NCBI GenBank assembly: GCA_050273025.1
Contig: CP158635.1
Location: forward strand, 13,640,001-13,704,000
Origin: Cenococcum geophilum
Lineage: Eukaryota
Length of the DNA: 64,000 nucleotides
Direction of reading: 5' to 3'
Of the stretch, positions 25,301 through 36,851 are shown piece after piece. The translations under genes were made by a program, and so were the position numbers. Each line of letters begins with the position of its first letter. The stretch's first letter is position 1. The notes under the pieces are model-generated. The model saw only the letters and a program-made list of their open reading frames with translations. It had not been told where the DNA came from and searched no databases.

Positions 25301-28300
25301 CTATAGTATGCCACTAGATGCCATCCATCTAGATACTTTTATATAAAATATACTCCTAGTGCAAAGTCTAATGCATCTATTTTAACCACTATCTCTAGTT
25401 TTAGTTAGTAAATCTTAAGAACTGGCTCCTGGGTAAATAACTCTTTAACTTTTTTAAAGAGTTCTCGCTGTTTCTCTCCCTATGCCTATAGTTCTTCTTT
25501 TTTTTATTAACCTTATAAACGGCTTAATGTCCTTTAACTATTAAGCTATAAACCTTCTACAGTAATTACAAAACCCTAGAAACGATCTTAACTATATAAC
25601 GTTTTTTAGTTCTTACCAATTCACTATAGCCTTAATCTTCTTTAGATTGATGCTAAGTTGGCCTAGTTTAATAATAAATCCAACAAAATCAGTCTTCTGG
25701 TGAAGAATTTATATTTCTTAATTACTACTAGCATCTGTTCTTTTTATAGTCTCCTTAAAACCTATTTAACATATTCCCCATATTCTTCCTTAGTTATTAA
25801 GTAGATTATAATGTCGTTAAGGTATACTATAATAAATTTATCTAAGTGTTCTCTTAATATATTATTAATACGCTTCTAGAACGTTACTAGTATATTTATA
25901 AGCCCGAATTACATAACTAGTGGTTTATATAGTTCTTCCTTTAACCTAAAGGCTGCCTTCCTTAATCCTAATCTAATAGTACACCTATCTTAGATCTATC
26001 TTTATAAAGATTTGCGCATTACCTATCCTGTCTTAGATTTCGCTAATTAAGGGTAAAGGATACCTATCCTTTTTGGTGATGCTGTTTAACTATCTATAGT
26101 TAATATATATCCTTAGTTTGCTATTCTTTTTTAGTATAAATAGTACTAGATAACCCGCTAATAACTGCAATAGTCTAATATATCCCTTTTATAAGTTTTC
26201 TTAAATAAACTCTTTTAATGCTCTACCTTCTTCTTTAGTAAGCTTATAGATTGGAAAGAACCTTAGACTTATTCCTGGTTCTAATTCTATTTTATAGTCC
26301 TATGCTATATACTCTAACAGCTGTTTACTTTTAGGTAACTATAGTTTCTTACCATATTTGTGGTATCTTTTTAGTATATAACTTAATCCTTTTTCCGTTT
26401 CTTTGTAGGTTACTCCTACTTAGTACCATACTAGCTTAGCTTATTATTACATCTTATAGCATTAAGTATCTCTAATATCGACCTAACCTATAATCTAATT
26501 AATCCTTAGATTATATTCCTATAACTAAGGCATTCTAAATATTGCCTTATTATTTCCTAATAGTAATATGTTAAATGATATCTTAATTTATCTTCCTTTA
26601 ATAGTTAACTAAATAGGTCCTATTTTAAGATTAATAATACCCCCTCTATAGGCTATCGGATCTTCTAAAATTATTACTAATAGGTAAGGATATTCCTTCT
26701 GCCTATATAGTAATCCTATTCTTTTAACTGCTATTAGCAAGATATAGTTCCTTATTACTCCACTATCTATTAGCGCCTTAAACTGTTAATCTTGCTATTT
26801 AACTTGTAAATTTAGGTATTATCCTTAAATTCCTTTAAGGGTCTAAGGCTCTACTACTAGCTCCCTCTAGTCCCATAGGCCTCTACTTTTCCTAACTATT
26901 AGCTACTAGATCTTATTTATACTTAGTCTAACTTAGGCTAATACTTAGTTTATTTTTTGTCCTTAATATACTCTAGATAGGTGTTCTCTAAACATTCCCA
27001 CTATTATCGTCCGTCTAGGTATTCTTCCGTAAGAAATCTTCCTAGTTAAAGTATTAAGTCCCCTTATTCTTAAACTTCCACTAAGTGCTAACTATATATA
27101 TACTTAGCGTTTCTATATTTCGCCTTATCCGTCATCCAATATATCCTTATTAGATACTTTTAATTTTTGTCCTTTGGTGTTCTATGCATATTACACGCAT
27201 TATTTATGCATGCTATCTATAACAATATATAATATGCTTAATATCTTAGGTTAACTCTTAGCTTATCCTCATCCTTAAGTTTAAACCTTTCTTGTGTTAA
27301 TCTAAGCGTTGTAACTTTGTTTATAGGTACTAAAACGCGTCTTTTACTTCTCTAGTCCTCTAATTGCTTCTTTAGATCCTTTAACGTTATAATTAAGGCC
27401 CCCTTAATATAAGTTATAGCCTTTTCTATAATCGGGTAGTCTTAGATAACTTTTTTGTTTAACTATATATAGAAATCTTCCTACTTGTTATTATGTCATT
27501 ATTTATACCACTTTTAGTATAGCTGCTTAAGTATATACGGCTCGTCCGTAAGGAAATATCTCTTTATTACTATATTGTAATAGCCTTTAGTATATTATTC
27601 TTCGAACCTAGTAGAAATCCCTAGATCCTCTTCTTATTTTAGTTTAATAAGCCACTTTGCTCTTAGTGTGCCTATTCTAGGCCTATTGGTAATTTTTTAT
27701 ACTAGTGCTCTATCCTTTGTATATCCTAATATGCTAGATCTCTTATCTAGTTTCTGTTCTTACTATAAGGTAATTTTTGCCCTAAATTCCTCTATAGTTT
27801 CTTTTACGTCGCGTCTTATAAGTAGATCCTTAAAGTTTTTATACTTCTTAATCTTGGTATTAACTTTTTAATCTTCAGGCTAAACACTATATTCCCTTAG
27901 TAAGTCTTCTAGGTCTATATATCTATCTCCTAGTCTAATTACTATTTGCGCTGCAGATTCTCTAATCTATAAAGAAGCTCCTTACCTCTTACTTATAGGT
28001 ATCCTAATTTATACCCCAAATTCTTAACCCCTTAGATTCTTTAATCCTAAGCTTACTTCTAACTTAAGCTTAGCTCCAGCCTTAGTCTAACTAGGCTTCA
28101 CTAGTGTCCTTATCTCGTCTTAAGAGTCCTAGATCTTACTTATCTCGTCTTAAGAGTCCTAGATCTTACTTATCTCGTCTTAAGAGTCTTATACCGTTAG
28201 GAATTCTTATCCTGAGCTTATTTGTATGTCTTTAAACTAAGCTGCTGCTCTACTCCATTGGTTTCTGTCTGTTATAGGTCTTTAAGCTTACCTTATCTTA

Positions 28301-30383
28301 TCTTAAGAATCTTAAGCCTTTGGCCTTTTGCCTTTTTTAAGTGGTGAGCTAGCACTAGCAGTCGTCTGCTTACTTAATTATCTCTAGATATTACTCCTTC
28401 CGTCTTATAAAGCGATAGATACCATATCTAATAGTGTTATAATACCCGTTACTAAACCTTGCTCTATGGTGGTCTTAGTCTCTACTTTTATTATATTATT
28501 AAGGTTTAGATACCCCTAGTTAGTTCTTTTACTATTCTTATTGCTATTAATTAATAAGTACTCTAACTCTATTATTATTATTACTAATCTTTATCCGTAT
28601 ATTACTATAATATCTTAATCTAGCTTATAGAGTCAATCTTATTTTTTATTTAACTCTTTAGTTCCTTTAAGTTCTTTTAACTCTAGCTCTTATAGCTAAT
28701 AGCTTACACTATATTTAGCGTCTTTATAAATTTGGCATGCGTTATTATAACAAAACGCAAAACTTCTAATTAAACATTCTTTTGTTCCTTGCAGCGTATT
28801 ATTATCCCTCTATACATGTGTGCCATATACTGCTAGTCTAGTTCCCTTTACTATATAATGACTCTAACTACTTCTATAGTCTCTGGCGAAATAACCCTGT
28901 TTTCTATAATTTATGCAAGCTCCTTCTTTAAACTATTATTTTTGCTGTAGAGTCCGCTTAAACGTCTTCTGCTACTAAGATCCTTGGTTTGGCCTATACT
29001 CCTTAGTCCTATAATTACTTAATTCTTAACCTTTAGGTTTCTATAGTTTCTTACTCCCTCTCTTATAGGTTTCTTTAGTACTACTTAGGTCCGTTAGCTC
29101 TGCGCCGTACTATAGTTTCTAATTTAGCTTTAGTTATTGCGTGCTCTACGTCTTATATAACTGTGGAACTCTGTCCTAGCCCCTCTTAGCCTATTCCCTT
29201 TAGAAGATCCTATTATTAATCTTAATTACTTAATCTATTAATTCCCTTAGGGTATCCGTATCTTCTATTAGAATAATTACGTCCTAGACTTTAGCCTTAA
29301 GTCCCTATTTATACTATGCTATAAGCGCCTTATTATTCCACTTAAGTTATATAGCTAGCGTTTGGAATTATATCGTGTACTTAATTGCTAAAGTCTGTTG
29401 CGTTAGGTCCTAAAGCTTTCTTTCCGCTATAGTTGTTGCTTCTGGGTCCCCGAACATTTATATAAGTTGCTCTATAAATCTATTCTAGCTTAAAAATATA
29501 AACCGTACTTCTTAGTTTGTTGTTGTTATTCCGTTTACTTATATCTCTATAAGGTAAGGCTTAAACTATTTAAGTGCTTTTCCTAATAAGAACAATCCTG
29601 CATATGCTACTTAATCTATAGTTATTGCTAGCTTTACTCCTTCTTGTGTAACCTTAAAGTGTATTTACATAAGGAATCCTTTAAACTTTAATCTTTCTCC
29701 TAAGAATCTTTTAATTGATAGTAACTTAACCTTTGCTGCTCCTATCCCATTAATCCTATTTTTGAGTACTATATTATCTCCCGTTAACTAATTAACTATT
29801 GTTTATAACTGTTTTACTATCATAGGTTGTTATAAGTTAGTGTTTGCTATACTAGTGTCGTTACCTAATCCTGGCGTAGTTGCCGCTGTTAATGGCGTTG
29901 TGGTGGCTGCTTTTGGTGGCATGTTGTTTGACTTATTAAAACCGTAACCGTGGTAGTGATTGTGTAACGGAACCTTATAGTAAGAACTACGGTGGGTTCT
30001 GTTAATGGGCTAGGTATATAGGTATTGCAAGTAAGTTAATAACGTAATAATAACTGGTGGAGTGGTTGCCTAACAGATTAACTCTAATTATATTCTGAGA
30101 ATCACTATAAGGAAGGAACTATCTAGGTAGGGACTAAGGGTCTTAAATACATAACCGTACTCCTATAAAATCCTTCTTATACGTAATGTACGTCTTATAC
30201 GTAAGGTACATAAGTTCCTCTCGTTCCTCTTGTTTAATACGTAGCATGTTATGTAACCTCGGTTACCATTCCTCGTTATATGGTTCTACTGGTTCCATTA
30301 TGGACCGTGCCTAAATTAACCAACTAGCTTCTTCCAACTCCTCTCCTAGTAGTCGTAACATCGTACTTAAAGCGTCCGTAACA
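22381..30383 (-). mobile_element. Ty3/Gypsy chromovirus, copy C, full length 8.0 kb (LTRs 22381-22801 and 29963-30383); same family as B
   Basis: 421-bp LTRs; TSD cttag/cttag; gag start ~29923 (MPPKAATT), extended gag, PR, RT (YLND, RIPed YLDD), RH, IN and chromodomain. Confidence 0.95.
22910..23561 (+). pseudogene. Antisense accessory ORF of Gypsy C: six-Cys Zn-cluster-like domain, 55-nt intron (23139-23193), coiled coil
   Basis: De-RIPed MPKAISS...PSPCSRCxKEGLVCV...SCSECTKANxxLSCDVRS.SDAE W|SRVQSAAAQLDGELSQALAE...LLRLEKV; the frame is consistent across copies B and C. Confidence 0.65.
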
Positions 30384-33300
30384 CTTAGCGTATATTTTAG
30401 AAAAAATAAGGACGTTATTAAGGTAGGTAGTATAGTAGTTATTAAGGGCGTTATATAGAATATAGTTAATATAATTTTAGAATATAGTAAGTGTATTATA
30501 GAAGCTAAATAGTATAACTAGTATCTTATAAAGTCCGAACTAGGTAATAAATACTATAAGCTACTTATAGCCCTTTATAATCCAGATCCGGTTAAATATA
30601 GTAATTATATTAAGTTTAGTAAAGTACTTAGCACTATAGAGTGCGTTAAGTGTCTTGCGGATTAGTAGCAGTAGGTACCAATTTTTAATAGTAACTGTAT
30701 TTAGGCCTTAGTAGTTATAGTAGATTTATATACCGCCACTAGGCTTAGCGGCGAGGAGGAGTAGTATAGTAGCTAGTAAGGTTAATTTACGGATAAAACC
30801 CTTATCCAGTATCTTATTAATCCACTTCTTTACATACCTAAGTTTAGTAGGTAAGAGTGGTCTATTTTTATAATACGGGGCCTAGTTTCTAGGGGTAATC
30901 TTAATTTTATAGTCCTATAGTTAGTAAGGGGGTAGCTTATCTATATTTTTAGGAAGGAAGTGCTTAATATATTTACAAAACTCCTTTAGTAGGCATTATA
31001 GAATATCTTCGCGGGTTAATCCTAGTTTGCCTTTTAGGAAATTTTTAATATTAGTATTAACTATCTTCTAACATAAAAGCTCGGGTTTAGTTTTTAGATT
31101 TATTTTAAGAAAGTTATAGAAATAGGGGGGGAGTACTTTATAGGCTTTCTTTATTATATAGTTGCCTTCTACTAGCTAGCGGAAAGACCTTTCTAATAGG
31201 TTTGGTACTTTTATTAGGCCTATAGGCAGCTCTTTAAGTAGCTATTAGTGTTTATCTTATTTAACTAGTTCTACTAGCTCCGCTATATAGATCCTTATTA
31301 CCTTTACGTCTTTTTATTTATAGAACTAGGTAAAATTAATAGTATAAGAGTATTTAATATTGTCTAGGTTAGGGCGTATTTAGTTCTCTAGTGCTATAGC
31401 TAGGCTAGTACGGCTTAGTTAGCCTAGGGGGGCGGAAATAAGGCGGTAGCTTTATACGGTATACGCGGGAGATAGATATAAGGTTAGGCGTTATAGTGGC
31501 GCGGTTTCTATTATTTGGGTCTTAGTAGTTTTATAACTAGTCCTTACTATAACGCGGGCTTTAGTATGTATATATAGTATATAGCTTAATTTTAAGTATT
31601 AGGCTAGGCGGCTAGGGTTTAAATAGTACCTAGGTTGGGGTTGGATTCTTAGTAGTGGCGGTATAAAGCGGACCTTCTTTCTTAGTCTTGGTAGGGCTAG
31701 CTAGCCTATTATTTTAGTCTTAAGTACTAAGGTAGTCCAGTCTTCTACTATTTTGTTTCTTTGCAGCTATATAGGCTCCCCTTTATTAGGAACGTCTTCT
31801 ACTATTAGGGCTTTATATATAGTCCTAGGCACTAGGCTTAGTAGTGCTAAGTATCTATATAGGGCGTCCCTACTACTATCAGTTATCCCCTATAAGAGGT
31901 AGTGCTTAGAGTAGTAGTTTAAGTTAAAGCGGATTTTAAGTTTCCTAAAGCTAAAACGGGGCTTATACTTCTAAAGCTAGGGCATACCTAGGATAATTAG
32001 GGTAGTAGGCGAGAATTTAATAATAAAAAAGAGTATAGCTTTAGTATAAAGGCCGATTAATATTTAGGTAGTAAAGTAGTCCGTAATAAGCGAAGATAGG
32101 ATACTGTTTATAAGGCGTAGTGACCTAGGTACTAGCAGCTTCTTAGTTATAATATTATACTTTCTTATAATAGACTCTATGTCGGCAAATGCTATTATAG
32201 TACTACTAGAGTCCACTAGGCTTACTATATTAATATAAACTTAGGGGTATAGGTTACGTAATAAAAAGAGTTAGGTTTAAATAAGGATTAATTTCTTGTT
32301 ACTATTTACTAATCTAAGATTAAATAGTAGCTTACTAATAGAAAGGATTAATTAATCTAATAATAGGGACCTAATCTTCTCGTCTTCCTCCTTATATAGT
32401 TTAAACCCTTAGATATAACTTAGTTTAAAGGTTTACGTTTTAACGACTAGGGTATAAAGCTGTTTTAGCGGGGCGGTCTAATGTCTATCTAGCTAGCGGT
32501 ATTAGTTTTAGTCTTAGTTGGGGTATAGAAAGACAATACCTCGCTAATAACGTAGCTATGTTTATATTCGCTAGCGCGGAATTACTAATACTAGGCGTTA
32601 TTAACGGGTTAGGCTCCTATATAGGGTATAGTTTAGAGTAACTAAGCTATAGGGTTAAAGGGGGGGGGGTATCCGCCGAGGCTATAATAGGCTCCGCGGT
32701 TGCCGCGTTTATAATAGACTCTACAGTCGCTATATCCGCGGTTATTAGTTTACGTCATTTAACGGGGTGGTATTAGAACTGGGTTTACTATCTTAGCGGG
32801 GTTATAGGCGTCTTTTTAGTAGCTAGGCAGGCTATAGGTAAGGTATAGTCTATTATTAACGCGGCGCTTACGCTCCGTATTTAAGATTCTATTAAGGTTT
32901 ATAGGTTCTTTAGTTACTGCTAGGGTTAGAGTTAATATAGAGGTAGGGGCTTAGGTAGGTAGGCAGTGGTTAGCATTCTTTTTAAGGTTGGCTTGGTATA
33001 TATAATTTATAAGGTTTTTAGCAAATATATCTATTTACTTACTCTAACCTATATAGTCGCTATTATTAATTTTATAGGCAAGTTTAAGTACTAGCTCTTC
33101 TATCTTTAAAGAGATAAACTTTTAGAGTAGGTCCACCTTCTATTTATCTATTTTTTAGCGCGGACTATTAGCTTATTAAGCTCTCCCTTCTAGGACTAGT
33201 AATTACGCTCACCCTAGGGGAAATAGTTAAGCTTATTCTTTACAACCTAGGTTATATTAAGGACCTTATAGTAGGTAGTAAGGTCTTTAAGCATATCTTC

Positions 33301-35208
33301 CTTAGTAGGCCATTTCTACGCAGATATGTTGCTTAGGTTCTTATATATAAGCTCTAGGCCCTACTTAATAAACCTATAGGCCTTATCCTTTAGTATATCC
33401 GAGATATAAAGGATCTAGGACTAAACTATATTAAAGTAGTCCCAGTCCCAGTTAAAGACTCCCTTAATCTTAATATACTAGGTTTTAAAATTAGCTTATC
33501 GTTCTAATAGGGTGCCTTTTCCGCTGAATATTGGCGGGTCTTTAGATCTCCGTTTTTTCCGCTAGGTTACTACCGTTATTATAGGGGTTAATTATTTTAG
33601 AACGGCAATAGTCTCTACTTAGGAGTTAATAGTTCCTATCTAGGAAGTAATAAGGGTACTAAGGTTTTCGTTAGCTTTCTTATTAGCGGTGTTTATATTA
33701 TATATATACTATAGTCCTACTTTAATATTATTAAGGAACTCGTTAGTATAGTTAATAAGGGTAAGGTAAGCTTTACTAGGCTTAAAGGTCTTAGGGTATA
33801 GTAGGGAGCGGCAGATTGTTTACGTAATATTAGGGTATATTTTTATAAAGAGGTTTATAAAGACGTTATAGGGGTTTTAGGTTTCGGCTATTTTAGCATT
33901 ATTAGTGTTACCTATTTAGGCGCTAGGTAAAAACTAAGGATTATTCTAGGACTACGCTAGGGACGTGTCGGTTTTAGTAGAGGCGCGCATAGATTGCGAT
34001 TACTCTAGGGCGGAGGTTAATTGGCTAGGGTATAAGGAATTAGTAATTATAACGGGGTGCAAATTAAAGATACTACAAACTGTTATAGTGCTGCAATAAA
34101 GTAGACTAAATAACTACGTTGTGGTATAAAGAGGGGAAGAAGGTAGAAAGGGGGTATTATATACAAATAGTAGGGCCGGCCGCTAAGTCACTAGTGGTGG
34201 GCCGGCTAATAGTAGGAAACAGTACGAGATAGTATGAAACAGTATGCGTTAGGTCAGTGCCGTGACATATACTATCTTTTTAAAAAAACATTATATTATA
34301 AACTGGCGCGCTAATACTAGCGGCAGCTTAATTAAGGCTTTATTAGGCTTAGAAGTATAAAAGATTCTCTTAAAAAAAGTTAAGTTTTTTAATAAATATT
34401 CTTATAAACATAGCTTAAAAAAAGCCTATTTAGGTCTTTTAAACGTCTCTATAAAAGTAGTATTATAAATTTATTAAAGAGGTATCTAATAAAAAAAAAC
34501 TTATATAAATAGTCTATACTTACTTTTAGTATAATAGTTACTTAAAGTTAATTACTATAGAAAGGGATCCTTTAGTAGTAAAAGAAGGCTATAGCGCTTA
34601 AAGCTATATTTAGGCCTTAAAAGATAGTCTTATATTAATCTATAAGCCTTTAAATATCTACTAAATAGATAACGCTCTAATTTATATATTAAAACTTATA
34701 AGGGAGTAGTTAAAAAGGTATAGCGTTTAGACCTTAAAATTCCCCTTTTATTTACCTAATTTAAACCTAATTAAATATTTTTAGCTAGCACTAAAAAGAA
34801 AGGTTCTTAAGCTTTATTTAGAGCTTAAATATATAAAATAAAGTATAGAGAATCTAAAGCGTTTAATTAAGGTATATAAGGAGGTGTAGATAGCCCTTAA
34901 TTAAGGCCTTATACGGCCCTTAATTAATAGTATAAAGTAAAGGCTAAAGGTAGTAAAAAAAGCAGACGACTAGCAGATAAAGTATTAATTATAATTAAAT
35001 AATCTATATATTAATTTAGCTTAATTTAATTGCTACGGCGTTATACGATTATTTAAAGTTGTGTTAATGTCTTAGCACTGTACTCCGGCACGAGTTCACG
35101 GCAACAATACCCCGCCATCACGTGCTTCTATCACCGACTATCTTTATTTTTCTCCTTCTCCGCCTCTCGTCTCCTAGTAGTTCTAAGACGCGGGTCATTT
35201 TTGCTGCA

Positions 35209-36742
35209 ATGAGTTCATTGCTTCCAATCATCTGGAGATCGAACAGCGAGGAATATGAGAAAGCACGCATTGGGCGCGTCTTCAACCACCGCAGACCTGA
35301 GAGGTCCCCACTTGCTGTCGTCGCGCCTACCTGCACATCACATATCATAGATACAGTTCTTCTGGCAATTCAGCGGGAATGTCGCATCTCTGTCCGCTCC
35401 GGAGGGCACAGTTGGGCAGCGTGGAGTGTTCGAGATGATGCCATTCTCATCGATCTTGGAAATTTCCGCGAGATTTCCCTGGACGAAAAGACGGGCATTG
35501 TTAAAGCTTCTCCAAGTACGACCGGCCGGATGCTCAACAGCTTCCTAGCTGAAAAAGGCCGCATGTTTGCAGGTGGCCATTGCCCTGATGTCGGTCTAGG
35601 AGGGTTTCTCCTACAAGGTGGCATGGGGTGGAATTGCAAGGCCAGTCTTAATATGAGATATTCCGCAGCACTCTTCTCATTTAGAATAGAATTGGGGTTG
35701 GGCGTGTCAGAGTATTGCTGCCATCGATGTTGTTACCGCAGATGGTTCGTTCATACACTGCGGTGCAGATCAAAATAGTGAGCTTTTCTGGGCCGCTCGT
35801 GGCGCTGGTCCTGGTAATTTTTCCTTCCCTTTGGCCGCATGCTATGCTTACATGCACAGGTTTCCCTGGAGTTGTCACGCGCTTCTACCTTCAGAGCCGT
35901 CCAAGCTTCTCCCACATGCGTTCCTCGGCGTATAGTTACCCAAAGAGCGATTATCGTAAGGCCATGGATTGGGTGCTTAGCGTAAGAGAATGCATAGCCC
36001 TTCCTCTATACAGATCTAAATTCTAGCTTAGATTACTGCCGATTTTGACAGCGACACTGAAATCGCCGCGGTATCAAGCTACCCTCCAGGTCATGATGAG
36101 ATTCACATCACAGTTCTTTTTGTTACCTTCAAGAATAGCGAGGAAGCGGCACTAAAGGCTCTCCAAAGAGCTGAGGACAGCCATCCCGCTGGAACTGTGG
36201 GTCACTGGTTTTGTAAATCAACAAGCCTTGAACAGGAATACAATGATCAAGCTAGAGCGAGTCCAGAAGGATACCGTTACACCGCCGACAATGCTTATAT
36301 TTGCAATGACGCTAATGTTTCAGAGATTTTGGAAGAGGCTTTTACTACACTGCCATCGCGAAAGGCATTTGCTCTCTGGTATTCTATGGCACCTGTCAGT
36401 AGGTGTCCGCTCGAAAATATGGCGCTGAGTATGCAAAGCGACCATTACTTCGCACTCTATACCGTCTGGGAGCATAAAGAGGATGATGAGCGGTGCCAGA
36501 ACTGGGTGAAGAACATCATGAGAGGTGTTGAGATCCACTCGGAGGGTGCGTATCTCGGAGATTCCGACTTTCAGGTTCGAGGAACGAGATTCTGGGGAGA
36601 GAAAGAAGGTATTAGGCTTCATGACATACGCCGCAAGTGGGATCCTCTTGGTACAATTTGTGGATACTTGGATGCTGGAGACATATCTGGTGTAAATGGC
36701 TTAGAGAACGTCCATGAGTGGGTCGCGAATGTCAAAATCTAA
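35209..36742 (+). CDS. FAD-linked oxidoreductase, BBE-like / 6-hydroxy-D-nicotine oxidase-like (FAD_binding_4 plus BBE domain), 462 aa; exons 35209-35640, 35690-35813, 35860-35981, 36032-36742
   Basis: The four exons join in frame (1389 nt, no internal stop). Motifs VRSGGHSW, GGHCPDVGLGGFLLQGGMGW, ELFWAARGAGPGFPGVVT and GAYLGDSD...RLHDIRRKWDP. No RIP signature. Confidence 0.93.
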
Positions 36743-36851
36743 AAATGTCTCAAAATTATTACTTTGTTCTCAATCTTCATGTGAAAGAGACTCGAGTGTA
36801 CATAATATGTATTCATGAGCATGTACGGAGATCGATAACAAAAGTTCTTGC

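Larger units (their letters stand above)
19174..34267 (-). mobile_element. Ty3/Gypsy chromovirus A (LTRs 19174-19340 and 34081-34267), full length, containing a solo LTR and Gypsy C
   Basis: TSD tatac/tatac; PPT at 19341; gag, PR, RT, RH, IN and chromodomain remnants on the minus strand. RT is split by copy C. Confidence 0.92.
18546..35080 (+). mobile_element. IS630/Tc1-mariner transposon, copy 2 (mirror image of copy 1), interrupted by a solo LTR and Gypsy A
   Basis: Reverse complement of 16853-18133 over 18546-18566, 18765-19173 and 34273-35080; ends cttagcactg-TA. Confidence 0.88.
16815..35107. mobile_element. Foldback MITE copy 1 (~0.5 kb core, centre ~18305-18375) with a Tc1 element in each TIR; right arm further expanded by nested LTR elements
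   Basis: Arms 18134-18303 and 18376-18545 are inverted and continue past the Tc1 copies (16815-16852 vs 35081-35107). Flanked by TA. Arms and spacer are homologous to 38038-38521. Confidence 0.8.

Noticed and set aside
14068..27871. Two similar hydrophobic ORFs (14068-14295 and 27668-27871)
   Set aside because: They are the same antisense position in Gypsy B and C, with Leu/Ile/Tyr richness produced by RIP and non-ATG starts.
28112..28190. Tandem repeats here and at 9475-9555 and 42265-42410 as possible CRISPR-like arrays
   Set aside because: There are no unique spacers, the periods are multiples of 3 inside retrotransposon coding regions, and the context is eukaryotic.
35122..35208. Upstream GTG start in the ORF track giving a hydrophobic, signal-like N-terminus
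   Set aside because: It is a non-ATG start in a eukaryote; the pyrimidine-rich stretch looks like core promoter or 5' UTR, and ATG 35209 (gcaATGa) is the first in-frame ATG.
35118..36622. Short ORFs overlapping the oxidoreductase on other frames or the opposite strand
   Set aside because: They are shadow frames of a GC-balanced gene with no recognisable motifs.
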